Part shown: positions 1 to 10,764 of the stretch, in pieces | Layout of the letters: every line of letters begins with the position of its first letter | Position numbering within the stretch: the first letter of the stretch is position 1 | Source: Chitinophagaceae bacterium | Lineage (GTDB): Bacteria; Bacteroidota; Bacteroidia; Chitinophagales; Chitinophagaceae | DNA: 64,000 nucleotides | Direction: 5' to 3' | Assembly: GCA_037141925.1 (NCBI GenBank) | Contig: JBAXBS010000003.1 | Location: 77,542 to 141,541 of the forward strand | Made by a program: the position numbers and the translations under genes | The notes under the pieces: generated by a model | Told to the model about the DNA's origin: nothing | Databases searched by the model: none | What the model saw: the letters and a program-made list of their open reading frames with translations, nothing else

Positions 1-478
1 TAGGTTCGTCTAAGATAATTAAGCTAGGATTATGCACTAGCGCAATCGCTATCCCTAAACGTTGTTTCATTCCCAATGAAAAACTTTGCACTTTATCATG
101 GGCACGGTGGGCTAATCCCACTTGCTCTAATGTTTTAGTAATATTGCTAGCAGCTACTTTTTGTTTTCTTACTTTGGCAAATAATTGCAAATGTTCGGTC
201 GCACTTAAATAAGGATATAAATCGGGCCGCTCAATGATTGCACCCACTTGTTCTAAAATAGCAGCTCTGTTTTTTTGTATAGACTTTCCAAATAACTCAA
301 TATTTCCACTACTAGGATGAATGAGGGATAAAAGCATACGAATGGTGGTACTCTTACCCGATCCATTTTGTCCCAAAAAACCAAAGACTTGACCAGCCTG
401 CACTTCAAAGCTTACATCATCTACCGCTTTGAGAGCACCAAAATGCTTGCTAATATTATCTACTTTAATGACTGCCAT
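1..478 (-). CDS. ABC transporter ATP-binding protein, BcrA/CcmA-like (runs off window edge)
   Basis: Not in the ORF track. Manual translation from the ATG at 478 gives MAVIKVDNISKHFGALKAVDDVSFEVQAGQVFGFLGQNGSGKSTTIRML (Walker A); FSLGMKQRLGIA signature and LIILDEP Walker B lie near position 1. Confidence 0.9.
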   Translation of the reverse strand, partial: MAVIKVDNISKHFGALKAVDDVSFEVQAGQVFGFLGQNGSGKSTTIRMLLSLIHPSSGNIELFGKSIQKNRAAILEQVGAIIERPDLYPYLSATEHLQLFAKVRKQKVAASNITKTLEQVGLAHRAHDKVQSFSLGMKQRLGIAIALVHNPSLIILDEP

Positions 479-489
479 ACCCTTATAAC

Positions 490-519
490 AAAAAACCCCA
501 AACTTAGTTCGGGGTTTTT
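490..519 (-). terminator. Intrinsic terminator after atpA
   Basis: Minus strand reads CCCCGAAC-TAA-GTTTGGGG then TTTTTT; T-tracts on both strands suggest it is bidirectional. Confidence 0.8.
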
Positions 520-543
520 ATATCAATTTAATATTAACTAATA

Positions 544-2121
544 TTATTTGTATTGAGGGATAATGCTATTGGCTAATTCCACCATTTGCTTTAATCCATC
601 TTCAGGTAAATTACCTTTTTTGAACTCCGCTAAAACATTAGGTAACTTGTTGCTCATTTCTAATAAGAAATGTGCTTCAAACTCCTTCACCTTACGTACC
701 GATACTTCTTTTAATAAACCATTGGTACCTAAATATATAATAGCTACTTGTTTTTCAACAGAGAAAGGAGAGTATTGAGCTTGTTTTAAAATTTCGACGT
801 TTCTAGCTCCTTTATCAATTACATTTTTAGTAGCTGGATCCAAATCACCACCAAACTTAGAAAATGCTTCTAATTCACGGTATAAAGCCTGGTCTAATTT
901 CAAAGTACCAGAAACTTTTTTCATGGATTTAATTTGCGCATTACCCCCCACACGACTAACAGATATACCTACGTTAATCGCTGGACGAATACCTGCGTTA
1001 AACAAGTTACCTTCCAAAAAGATTTGACCGTCAGTAATAGAAATTACGTTGGTAGGAATGTATGCAGAAACGTCACCCGCTTGTGTTTCAATGATAGGCA
1101 ATGCAGTTAATGATCCTCCTCCTTTTACCAAATGCTTGATAGAAGCAGGTAAGTCATTCATATTTTTAGCGACATCATCATTTGCAATTACTTTTGCAGC
1201 ACGCTCTAATAAACGACTATGCAAATAGAATACATCACCAGGATATGCTTCACGACCTGGAGGACGACGTAATAATAAAGAAACTTCACGATAGGCTACT
1301 GCTTGTTTTGACAAATCATCAAATACAATTAATGCAGGACGACCTGTATCACGGAAGAATTCGCCAATCGCTGCTCCCGCAAAGGGTGCGTAGAATTGCA
1401 ATGGCGCAGGATCTGCAGCAGGTGCTGCTACAATCGTAGTATATGCCATCGCGCCATTGTCTTCCAATGTTTTCATCACACCTGCAATGGTAGATGCTTT
1501 TTGTCCAATCGCAACATAGATACAATACACCGGCTTCCCAGCATCAAAAAATTCTTTTTGATTTATGATAGTGTCTACACAAATAGCAGTCTTTCCTGTT
1601 TGACGATCACCAATAACCAACTCACGTTGACCACGTCCTATTGGAATCATCGCATCAATTGCTTTGATACCAGTTTGTAATGGTTCCTTTACTGGCTCTC
1701 GGAAAATAACCCCTGGTGCTTTACGCTCCAATGGCATTTCATATAAGTCACCTTGGATGGGACCTTTACCATCAATAGGTTCCCCTAAAGTATTAATAAC
1801 ACGACCTACTAAACCTTCTCCTACTTTAATAGAAGCGATTTCGCCCGTTCTTTTTACTTTGTTTCCTTCTTTAATGCCTTTGCTATCACCCATCAATACC
1901 ACTCCCACATTATCTTCTTCCAAGTTCAAAGCAATTGCTTTGGTGCCGTTTTCAAACTCCACCAACTCACCACTTCTTACTCCATTTAAACCATACACAC
2001 GGGCAATGCCATCACCCACTTGTAATACGGTTCCCACTTCTTCCAAATCAGCCGCTGCATTGAAATTACTTAGTTGTTGTCTAAGTATTGCTGAAATTTC
2101 ATCTGGTTTAATGTCCGCCAT
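544..2121 (-). CDS. atpA: F1 ATP synthase subunit alpha
   Basis: GDRQTGKT Walker [36 protein letters not shown]. Confidence 0.99.
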   Translation of the reverse strand: MADIKPDEISAILRQQLSNFNAAADLEEVGTVLQVGDGIARVYGLNGVRSGELVEFENGTKAIALNLEEDNVGVVLMGDSKGIKEGNKVKRTGEIASIKVGEGLVGRVINTLGEPIDGKGPIQGDLYEMPLERKAPGVIFREPVKEPLQTGIKAIDAMIPIGRGQRELVIGDRQTGKTAICVDTIINQKEFFDAGKPVYCIYVAIGQKASTIAGVMKTLEDNGAMAYTTIVAAPAADPAPLQFYAPFAGAAIGEFFRDTGRPALIVFDDLSKQAVAYREVSLLLRRPPGREAYPGDVFYLHSRLLERAAKVIANDDVAKNMNDLPASIKHLVKGGGSLTALPIIETQAGDVSAYIPTNVISITDGQIFLEGNLFNAGIRPAINVGISVSRVGGNAQIKSMKKVSGTLKLDQALYRELEAFSKFGGDLDPATKNVIDKGARNVEILKQAQYSPFSVEKQVAIIYLGTNGLLKEVSVRKVKEFEAHFLLEMSNKLPNVLAEFKKGNLPEDGLKQMVELANSIIPQYK

Positions 2122-2149
2122 AAATATATATTTTAATGTATTTTATTTT

Positions 2150-2710
2150 TTAAATTTTGCTCATAAACTCGTTATTCAAAAATTGCTTTTTAATATCTTT
2201 TAAATCTCTCAAAACACTTGCGTCTAATAAATTATTATTAAACTCAAGAACAAATCCACCAATTAAATCCGGATTCGTATGAGTGGTTAATTCTACAGAA
2301 CCAAATTCATTGGAAGATTTCACTTTTTGCTCAATTGATTTTTTTATATCATCACTTACTTCCACTGCAGTTGTTAATGTGACTTGATGAATTCCTTTTA
2401 ATGCATTGTATTGTTCAATAAAAGCATTTGCCACTTCTGGTAATTCTCCTTCTCTCCCTTTCTTCACTAATAAAACGTTAAAAGAAGCTGTCAAAACACT
2501 TACTTTATCCTTTGTAACTGCGGTAAGAATACTAATCTTTTGATCTGCTTTAATGATAGGGCTACGCAATAAATTCACCAACTCCATACTGGCTTTGCAA
2601 ACCGCTTGCACATATTTCATATCTGCATAGACAATTTCTAATTGACCTTGCTCAATAGCCAAGTCAAGTAAACTTTTCGCATATCTGCCTGCTAAACGTG
2701 CATTCGACAT
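2150..2710 (-). CDS. atpH: F1 ATP synthase subunit delta
   Basis: RYAKSLL N-terminus, LIGGFVL C-terminus, position in operon. Confidence 0.97.
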   Translation of the reverse strand: MSNARLAGRYAKSLLDLAIEQGQLEIVYADMKYVQAVCKASMELVNLLRSPIIKADQKISILTAVTKDKVSVLTASFNVLLVKKGREGELPEVANAFIEQYNALKGIHQVTLTTAVEVSDDIKKSIEQKVKSSNEFGSVELTTHTNPDLIGGFVLEFNNNLLDASVLRDLKDIKKQFLNNEFMSKI

Positions 2711-2720
2711 TTTATTCTAT

Positions 2721-3230
2721 TTAATTTAACTTAACTCCGTCCGCTAATTCTTTAATATACTTCTCTTGATCCGCTTTGTTGGATAATTCTCTTCTCAATA
2801 CTTTCTCTGCCACTTCTACGACTAAACTACCCACTTGGTTTTTCACCTCGGTGATAGCCGCATTTTTTTGCTGCGTAATAGCCGCTTGCGCATCTGCTAC
2901 AATTCTGTCGTATTCAGATTTTGCTTTATCCTTAGCTTCCGCTAACATTTTTTCAGAAGCTTCTTTAGCTTCCTTAATTAAGCTAGCTCTTTCTTCACGC
3001 GCTTTTGCCAACAATGCTTCATTTTCATTTTGCATAGCTGCAATTTCAGCTTTCATTTTATCCGCTTTTTTCAAAGCATCTTCAATTCCGCTTTCACGAT
3101 CGTGAATGGCTTTCAAAATGGGCTTCCAAGCAAACTTGCCTAATACAACAAGTAGTCCAAGAAAGGCAACAGTGTTCCAAAATACCAATCCGATATCTGG
3201 CAACACTAATGGGTTTATTTCTAAAAACAT
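2721..3230 (-). CDS. atpF: Fo ATP synthase subunit b
   Basis: Single TM helix, KFAWKPIL, long coiled coil. Confidence 0.97.
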   Translation of the reverse strand: MFLEINPLVLPDIGLVFWNTVAFLGLLVVLGKFAWKPILKAIHDRESGIEDALKKADKMKAEIAAMQNENEALLAKAREERASLIKEAKEASEKMLAEAKDKAKSEYDRIVADAQAAITQQKNAAITEVKNQVGSLVVEVAEKVLRRELSNKADQEKYIKELADGVKLN

Positions 3231-3303
3231 AATCCTTAATTTATCTTAATGATGTAAAATCTTTTCTTTTTAAAATCTTTTTCTACAACGCTTTGTTTAA
3301 AAA

Positions 3304-3339
3304 ATTATAGGCCCTTCGCCCTGTGCTAGGGCCTATAAT
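3304..3339 (-). promoter_or_regulatory. Intercistronic stem-loop between atpE and atpF
   Basis: Perfect 12-bp inverted repeat ATTATAGGCCCT (3304-3315) / AGGGCCTATAAT (3328-3339). Confidence 0.7.
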
Positions 3340-3362
3340 ACTTTGGGAAATCTTTTGATAGA

Positions 3363-3593
<231 letters not shown>

Positions 3594-3621
3594 TTATTGA
3601 AAAAAAAATTTATAAATATTA

Positions 3622-4695
3622 TTAATGATGATCATGATGTGCTTCCTCTGATGCCATTCCAATATACATGGCAGTGAGCATGGTAAAAATATAAGCTTGT
3701 AAAAAAGCAACTAGCAATTCTATCAAGAATATAAATATTACAAAAGGCACTGCTACTGCAGCTGCATATACTGTTTTGAAAATAAATATTAAACAAACCA
3801 AACTCAATACCAAGATATGACCCGCTGTAATGTTTGCGAAAAGTCGAATCATTAAAGAAATAGGTTTGTTGAATACCCCAATTAATTCAATGGGTGCTAA
3901 AAATAATTTCATAGACCAATGCATACCCGGCATCCAGAAGATATGCTCCCAATAGTTTTTATTAGAACTTAAGTTTACCACGATAAAAACACAAACGGCT
4001 AAAGTCATGGTAAAAGCAATATTACCACTCACATTGGCACCACCTGGAAATATAGGAATGAGACCTAAAAAATTATTCGTTAATATTAAAAAGAAAATAG
4101 TCAATAGAAAAGGCATGTACTTTGTATGACGCTTGGCCCCAATATTTGGAAGTGCAATTTCATCTCTTACAAATAAAACAATGGGCTCCATAAAAGACTG
4201 AAGTCCTTTGGGAGCTGAAGTCACTCCAGTAGTTTTATAAGCAGCGGCAGAAATTAATAACACAAACAATAAGATAAAAACAGAAACAAATAAACTTGCT
4301 ACGTTTTTAGTAATTGATATATCCCAAAGTTGTTGGCTGGCTACTTTATCTAAATTGCCTTGTGCATCTACAATTTTAATTTTGCCTTCAAATAACTTGT
4401 AATCAAAATTTCCTTTGTACACGACTGGCTCATGATGTTCGTCTACTAATTTTTCGGAAGAAAAAGTTTCAAAGCCTTTGGTTGTTTTTAAAATGACAGG
4501 TAAGTGCACGGATACATGACCCCACAAATGCCAACTGTGATCATCCTTAATATGTTCCAAAATAGTTTCAGTTACATTAAAACTTCCTTCTTCTTTAGGT
4601 GCCGGAGATTCATTGGCAAAAAGAGGAGCTGAAAAAGCCATCGCGAAAAGGCTGAAAGTCGCTACTAGTATGGATTTAAAAGGGCTACAACGCAT
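3622..4695 (-). CDS. atpB: Fo ATP synthase subunit a, with N-terminal signal-peptide-like extension
   Basis: IRLFANITAGH (essential Arg), ELLVAFLQAYIFTML. Confidence 0.98.
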   Translation of the reverse strand: MRCSPFKSILVATFSLFAMAFSAPLFANESPAPKEEGSFNVTETILEHIKDDHSWHLWGHVSVHLPVILKTTKGFETFSSEKLVDEHHEPVVYKGNFDYKLFEGKIKIVDAQGNLDKVASQQLWDISITKNVASLFVSVFILLFVLLISAAAYKTTGVTSAPKGLQSFMEPIVLFVRDEIALPNIGAKRHTKYMPFLLTIFFLILTNNFLGLIPIFPGGANVSGNIAFTMTLAVCVFIVVNLSSNKNYWEHIFWMPGMHWSMKLFLAPIELIGVFNKPISLMIRLFANITAGHILVLSLVCLIFIFKTVYAAAVAVPFVIFIFLIELLVAFLQAYIFTMLTAMYIGMASEEAHHDHH

Positions 4696-4715
4696 GTCTA
4701 TCTCAAAATTTGCGG

Positions 4716-4723
4716 CAAATATA
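4716..4723 (-). promoter_or_regulatory. Bacteroidota -7 promoter element of the atp operon
   Basis: TATATTTG on the minus strand, 20 nt upstream of the atpB ATG. Confidence 0.7.
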
Positions 4724-4833
4724 GGAATAAAGCCGCTTAAAAAGAGGAATTTTCAAAGGAAACTTTAGCACAAAAAGAGAAAAAATACGAGCTTGTAATT
4801 AATTGTAAATCAATGTATTAAGAAAGCGGGTTT

Positions 4834-6630
4834 TTACTTTTGTGCAAATTGCATCTCGCTTAATGTAGCATATGAACCCCCTAATTGCAAGAGCTCCTGA
4901 TGAGTGCCCATTTCTTGAATTTTTCCTTTCTCCAAAACAATGATTTTAGAGGCTTTGCGAATCGTAGATAAACGATGTGCTATCACAATAGAAGTTCGCC
5001 CCTTAATAAGTGTATCAATTGCCTTTTCAATGAGCTGTTCACTTTCTGTATCTATGGAACTGGTCGCTTCATCTAAAATTAAAATGGACGGATTGTACAA
5101 TAAAGCACGTATAAAACTGAGTAATTGTCTTTGCCCTAAACTCAGTGTAGCTCCTCTTTCCATCACTTGATAATGATATCCCCCTGGTAATTGCATAATA
5201 AAATCATGCATATCAATCATCTTCGCAGCTGCTTCTACTTGCTCTAACGTAATAGCCGGATTACGTAAAGTAATATTGTCGTACACCGATCCTGAAAATA
5301 AAAAAACATCTTGCAATACCACTCCAATACCTGCTCGCAATCTATCTAATGTATAAGATTCAATGGGTTGATCATCCAATAAGATTTGTCCATTCTGATA
5401 AGGATACAAACGATTCAATATACTAATGATAGAACTTTTACCGCTTCCCGTGTGTCCTACTAATGCGACAGTCTGACCCGCTTCTACCGTAAAACTTAAA
5501 TCTTCCAAGACCCACTGTGGTGGCTGATACCCAAATTGCACCTGCTTGAATTCAATTTTACCAAGAATGTGTGTAGGAGATAAAGTCCCTTCATTTAATG
5601 TCACATCTTCATTATCTAGAACTTTAAAAACACGCTCCGCTGCTACCATCCCCATTTGTAAGACATTGAATTTATCAGCAATCATTCTTAGAGGTCTAAA
5701 AATTTGATTTAAAAATAAAATAAACGCAACCAGTAATCCAGCATCTAATGTTTGATCCGCCACCCACCAAACTATTAAACCAATGCTTACAGCTAATACC
5801 ACTTCAACTACCGGAAAAAAAACAGAATAGGCAAAAATGGCTCTAATATTGGCCGCTTTATGGGTTTCATTAATTTGCGTGAATTTTTTCATTTCCTTTT
5901 CTTCTGCTGCAAAAGCTTGCACTACCGCCATCCCTGAGATATGCTCTTGTACAAAACTATTTAAAGCCGCTACTGCATTACGAACTTGAATAAAACTTTT
6001 ATTGACGCTTTCTTTAAAAAAATAAGTGGCGACTAACATAATAGGAAAAGGTATCAAACAAATTAAAGTGAGTTGCCAACTAATAAAAAACATAGTGGTT
6101 AGAGTCACTACAATAGTAAGTAAATCAGCAATAATGGGAATTAATCCATCAGAGAAAATATCATTGATACTTTCAATATCGTTAATAGTTCGAGTCGTTA
6201 ATGTTCCAATAGGTGTTTTATCAAACTGACGCATTTCCCAATGCATGATTTTATGATATACTTGATCTCTTAAATCACGAATTACTTGCTGCCCTAGCCA
6301 GGCCATACCGAAAGTGAAAAGAAATCTGCATATGGTTTCTATTATAATAAAAGCCACTTGAAATAAACTAATTGCCAATATGAGCTGAATGGCATTCCCA
6401 AAAGCATCTTTAGGTAAAAAAAAGTGAACCCAGGAAGGTAAACTCACTTGCTTTCCTATAGCTACATTGACAGTGGCTTGAATTAAATAAGGTCGTATAG
6501 GTGTAAAAAATGCCAACAAAACAGACAAAAAAAGATTGCCCCAGAAAATGAAACGATAGGGTTGTACAAATGAAAACACCCTTTTTAAGAGGGATATTTT
6601 AAAGACGGATTTAGTCGGAGCTGTAGACAT
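4834..6630 (-). CDS. ABC exporter, fused permease/ATPase (MdlB-like)
   Basis: TM domain, GHTGSGKS, LSLGQRQ, LILDEATS. Start moved to ATG 6630 because the track's TTG lies inside the TAACTTTG promoter element (6637-6644). Confidence 0.93.
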   Translation of the reverse strand: MSTAPTKSVFKISLLKRVFSFVQPYRFIFWGNLFLSVLLAFFTPIRPYLIQATVNVAIGKQVSLPSWVHFFLPKDAFGNAIQLILAISLFQVAFIIIETICRFLFTFGMAWLGQQVIRDLRDQVYHKIMHWEMRQFDKTPIGTLTTRTINDIESINDIFSDGLIPIIADLLTIVVTLTTMFFISWQLTLICLIPFPIMLVATYFFKESVNKSFIQVRNAVAALNSFVQEHISGMAVVQAFAAEEKEMKKFTQINETHKAANIRAIFAYSVFFPVVEVVLAVSIGLIVWWVADQTLDAGLLVAFILFLNQIFRPLRMIADKFNVLQMGMVAAERVFKVLDNEDVTLNEGTLSPTHILGKIEFKQVQFGYQPPQWVLEDLSFTVEAGQTVALVGHTGSGKSSIISILNRLYPYQNGQILLDDQPIESYTLDRLRAGIGVVLQDVFLFSGSVYDNITLRNPAITLEQVEAAAKMIDMHDFIMQLPGGYHYQVMERGATLSLGQRQLLSFIRALLYNPSILILDEATSSIDTESEQLIEKAIDTLIKGRTSIVIAHRLSTIRKASKIIVLEKGKIQEMGTHQELLQLGGSYATLSEMQFAQK

Positions 6631-6701
6631 AAGGTGCAAAGTTACAGTATAAGTGTATTTGATGTAAAAATCCTAGCCCTTTTACGTATTTTCGTTATCA
6701 A

Positions 6702-8963
6702 ATGGAGTTATCGGAATCACATATGGACCCTACGGTAGCAGGCACTTACCAATTAAATGAAGAACAAGAAAAAAAAGAAATTGTTCGACATTATCGTGCC
6801 CTTTTGCGCACCATTCGATCTAAACTAAAAAAAGGAGACAAAGAATTATTACGTACTGCTTTTGAAATGGCTGCGGAAGCGCACCAAACCATGCGTCGAA
6901 AAAGTGGCGAGCCTTATATTTTACACCCCATTGCAGTGGCCATGATTTGTGTGGAAGAAATTGGATTAGGCGTTCGAAGTACCATTTGCGCTTTGCTTCA
7001 TGATACTATTGAAGACACCGACCTCACCTTAGACGATGTTAAAAATGAATTTGGAAATGAGATTGCTAAAATTGTAGATGGTCTCACCAAAATTTCGGGG
7101 GTGATGGATGCGAATAGTAGTCAGCAAGCCGAAAATTTTAAAAAGATTTTACTCACTTTAACCGACGACCCTAGAGTGATCTTAATTAAGTTAGCAGATC
7201 GCTTGCACAATATGCGTACGATGGATTCCATGAAGCAAGAAAAGCAATTAAAAATTGCATCGGAAACCATTTGGGTGTATGCCCCCTTGGCTCATCGCAT
7301 GGGTTTGTATAATATCAAGACAGAGCTGGAAGATTTATCCATGAAATATTTGGAGCCTGCTACCTATAAAGAAATTGCTAAAAAATTAGCAGAAACCAAA
7401 AGAGAACGTACCAAGTATATCAATGAATTTATTAGACCTTTAAAAGATAAATTATCGGAAGGTGATTTTGAGTATGAAATTCATGGACGTCCAAAAAGCA
7501 TTCACTCTATTTGGAATAAAATAAAAAAGAAAGGAGTCAGCTTTGAAGAAGTATATGATCTTTTTGCAATTCGGATTATTTTAGATGTTCCCATAGATAA
7601 AGAAAAAGAAGCCTGCTGGAAAGTATACTCTTTAATTACAGATGAATATCTCCCCTCGCCCGAAAGACTTCGTGATTGGTTGAGCAATCCTAAAAGCAAT
7701 GGCTATGAAGCCTTGCATACTACTGTGATGGGGCCACAAGGTAAATGGGTGGAAGTGCAAATACGTTCTAAAAGAATGAATGAAATTGCCGAGAAAGGTT
7801 TGGCAGCACATTTTAAATATAAAGAAGGAACTCAAAATGAAGATCGTTTTGATAAATGGTTTGTGCAAATAAGAGAAGCCTTAGGCAATCAACAAGAAGA
7901 AGGCATCGATTTTTTACAAGATTTTAAAACCTCTTTTTTAGCGGAAGAAATTTATGTATATACTCCTAAGGGAGAAGTGAAGATGCTACCCACCAATAGT
8001 TCTGCTTTAGACTTTGCCTTTTACATACACACAGCTATTGGTTCTAAATGTATTGGTGCTAAAGTGAATCATAAGCTAGTACCTATCTCCCATAAATTAA
8101 GAAGTGGGGATCAAATTGAGATCATTACGAGTAACAAACAAAAACCCAATGAAGATTGGCTAAATAATGTAGTCACTGCAAAAGCTAAGAATAGTATTAA
8201 AGATGCCTTAAGAGAAGAAAAAAAATCAATTGCAGAAGAAGGCAAATACACGCTTCAAAGAAAATTAGAAGGAATTGGAGCAGCCTATAGTTCATTCAAT
8301 ATTGATCATTTGGTGAATTACTATAAATTAACCAGCCATCTTGATTTACATTATTTAATTGCCAAAAAACAACTTGATTTAAAGGAACTGAAATTATTTC
8401 AAGTCATTGGAGATAAAATTGAAGCGCCTAAGCCCATTGTTGTTCCTCCAGAAATGGTTCCAGGAGATACGAATACTCCAAAACCTTTACCCAAGAAAGA
8501 ATCCGAACTCATTATTTTTGGAGAATCTAGTGACAGAATCAAATATACTTTAGGAAAATGTTGCAACCCCATCCCGGGAGATGACGTTTTTGGATTTGTT
8601 AGTACCGGAAAAGGCTTAATTATACATCGAACCAATTGCCCTAATGCCACACAGCTGTTAGCTAATTATGGACATAGAGTGGTTAAAACCAAATGGGCTA
8701 AAAATAAAGAAATATCCTTCCTTACTGGCTTAAATATCATTGGAATGGATGATGTGGGGGTAGTGAATAAAATTACAACCATTATAAGCGGTGATCTTAA
8801 AATTAATATTGCGGCCTTAACAATCGAATCGAAAGATGGTTTATTTCAGGGGACCATCAAAGTGTATGTTCATGACAAGGATGAATTAGAAGCCCTGGTG
8901 TCTAAAATTAAAGACTTAGAAGGCATACAACAAGTTAACAGATTTGACACCGAAACTGTGTAA
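6702..8963 (+). CDS. relA: Bifunctional (p)ppGpp synthetase/hydrolase (Rel/SpoT family)
   Basis: RKSGEPYILHP, intact HD (LLHD), KLADRLHNMRT, GRPKS, TGS and ACT-like C-terminal domains. Confidence 0.97.
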   Translation: MELSESHMDPTVAGTYQLNEEQEKKEIVRHYRALLRTIRSKLKKGDKELLRTAFEMAAEAHQTMRRKSGEPYILHPIAVAMICVEEIGLGVRSTICALLHDTIEDTDLTLDDVKNEFGNEIAKIVDGLTKISGVMDANSSQQAENFKKILLTLTDDPRVILIKLADRLHNMRTMDSMKQEKQLKIASETIWVYAPLAHRMGLYNIKTELEDLSMKYLEPATYKEIAKKLAETKRERTKYINEFIRPLKDKLSEGDFEYEIHGRPKSIHSIWNKIKKKGVSFEEVYDLFAIRIILDVPIDKEKEACWKVYSLITDEYLPSPERLRDWLSNPKSNGYEALHTTVMGPQGKWVEVQIRSKRMNEIAEKGLAAHFKYKEGTQNEDRFDKWFVQIREALGNQQEEGIDFLQDFKTSFLAEEIYVYTPKGEVKMLPTNSSALDFAFYIHTAIGSKCIGAKVNHKLVPISHKLRSGDQIEIITSNKQKPNEDWLNNVVTAKAKNSIKDALREEKKSIAEEGKYTLQRKLEGIGAAYSSFNIDHLVNYYKLTSHLDLHYLIAKKQLDLKELKLFQVIGDKIEAPKPIVVPPEMVPGDTNTPKPLPKKESELIIFGESSDRIKYTLGKCCNPIPGDDVFGFVSTGKGLIIHRTNCPNATQLLANYGHRVVKTKWAKNKEISFLTGLNIIGMDDVGVVNKITTIISGDLKINIAALTIESKDGLFQGTIKVYVHDKDELEALVSKIKDLEGIQQVNRFDTETV

Positions 8964-9041
8964 AACTTAATGCTTTTAGTGGAGGTTTAAATAGGTAATA
9001 AACTATCCAATACTTATTTTTGCTATCTCAAATACAAAATC

Positions 9042-10304
9042 ATGGTAGACGTAATATTAGGACTTCAATGGGGTGACGAAGGAAAAGGAAAAATTGTTGA
9101 TTATTTCGCACCCAAATACGATGTAATTGCAAGGTTCCAAGGAGGCCCTAATGCGGGGCATACCTTATATGTGAACGGAACTAAAATGGTATTACATCAA
9201 ATTCCTTCGGGCATTTTTCATCAAGATAAAATTAATATCATCGGAAATGGAGTAGTGTTAGATCCAGTGACATTAAAAAAAGAATGTGATGCAGTAGCTG
9301 CCATGGGGGTAGATGTGAAAAAAAACTTATTCATTTCAGAACGCACTAATATTATTATCCCCTCCCACCGCGCCTTAGACAAGGCTTCGGAATTATCTAA
9401 AGGAGAAAGTAAAATTGGATCCACCCTCAAAGGAATTGGGCCTGCCTATATGGATAAGACAGGGCGCAACGCTATAAGAGTAGGCGACTTGCTGCATAAA
9501 AATTTTATTAGTAAATACATTGCGCTTCGCATGAAGCACCAAAAAATATTAGATAGTTTTAATTTCAATGAAGACATCAGTGAAATGGAAACCGAATTTT
9601 TTGAATGTCTTGAGTTTTTGAAAACACTGAACATTATTAATTGCGAATATTTTATTAACGATCAAATATCTAAAGGGAAAAAAGTATTAGCAGAAGGTGC
9701 CCAAGGATCCATGTTGGATATCGATTTTGGAACCTTCCCTTTTGTAACATCCTCCAACACCATTTCCGCAGGAGTATGTACCGGCTTAGGTATTTCTCCT
9801 AAATTAATTGGCGAAGTGTATGGTATTTCTAAAGCTTATTGTACACGCGTAGGTGGTGGACCCTTCCCTACCGAACTGCATGATGAAAAAGGGGAAGAAT
9901 TAAGAAAAATTGGAAGTGAATTTGGAGCTACCACAGGTCGCCCACGCAGATGTGGCTGGATTGACTTAGTCGCATTAAAGTTTGCCTGCATGATTAATGG
10001 TGTAACACAAATTATCATGACCAAGGCTGATATTTTAGATTCTTTCAAAGAATTAGAGTTAGGCATCGCTTATGAAATGGAAGGCAAGCAAATAGACTAT
10101 GTTCCTTTTCAAATAGTAGGCACCCCAGTCACTCCCATATGGAAAAAAATGGCAGGTTGGAATGTTGATTCCACAAAAATGAAAAACCTGAGCGAGTTGC
10201 CCGATACCATGCAATCATATATAAAATTTATAAATGAATATTTAGGGGTACCCGTAAAATATGTTTCTAATGGCCCTGGCCGAGATCAAATCATACATTT
10301 ATAA
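9042..10304 (+). CDS. purA: Adenylosuccinate synthetase
   Basis: GLQWGDEGKGK, GGPNAGHT, EFGATTGRPRRCGW; TATTTTTG promoter at 9015-9022. Confidence 0.99.
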   Translation: MVDVILGLQWGDEGKGKIVDYFAPKYDVIARFQGGPNAGHTLYVNGTKMVLHQIPSGIFHQDKINIIGNGVVLDPVTLKKECDAVAAMGVDVKKNLFISERTNIIIPSHRALDKASELSKGESKIGSTLKGIGPAYMDKTGRNAIRVGDLLHKNFISKYIALRMKHQKILDSFNFNEDISEMETEFFECLEFLKTLNIINCEYFINDQISKGKKVLAEGAQGSMLDIDFGTFPFVTSSNTISAGVCTGLGISPKLIGEVYGISKAYCTRVGGGPFPTELHDEKGEELRKIGSEFGATTGRPRRCGWIDLVALKFACMINGVTQIIMTKADILDSFKELELGIAYEMEGKQIDYVPFQIVGTPVTPIWKKMAGWNVDSTKMKNLSELPDTMQSYIKFINEYLGVPVKYVSNGPGRDQIIHL

Positions 10305-10428
10305 TGTATAGAATAAATACAAAAAATAATCCATTTTAGTCGCATTATTTTTTTTAAAAAAAAAGACTCATTTTTTTTGGTAAATAAAATTTTCAGTTGA
10401 AATTTTACAGCGTAATTTTGAACTACTT

Positions 10429-10764
10429 ATGGCAGTAAAAACAATTAAGGAAAAAAAAGAATCCGCACCAAGTGCTGTTAAAGCGGATAAATTAAGTAAA
10501 CCTACTTCAAAGAAAAAAGTGGAGGAGGAAGATGATGTAGATGAAGAGGAAGAAGTAAAAGATGATTGGGATGCATCAGAAGAGGAGGATAGCTGGGATC
10601 CGGATTTTGAAGAATTTGATATGCCTAAAAAAGCATCCAAAAAACCAGGCAAACTCAAGAAGGAAGATGACGATGATTTCTCCTTAGACGATGATATAAA
10701 AGGTTTGGACGACGACGATGATGATTTATTTGACGAGAAGGATGAATTTGACGACGACTATTAA
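10429..10764 (+). CDS. Small hypothetical protein, Lys-rich N-terminus and extremely Asp/Glu-rich C-terminus
   Basis: 111-aa ORF filling the gap, with its own TAATTTTG promoter element at 10413-10420. Confidence 0.75.
   Translation: MAVKTIKEKKESAPSAVKADKLSKPTSKKKVEEEDDVDEEEEVKDDWDASEEEDSWDPDFEEFDMPKKASKKPGKLKKEDDDDFSLDDDIKGLDDDDDDLFDEKDEFDDDY

Noticed and set aside
563-3105. Plus-strand ORFs antisense to the atp genes, and similar short antisense or nested ORFs throughout the track
   Set aside because: They are shadows of well-conserved genes and have no motifs or independent expression signals.
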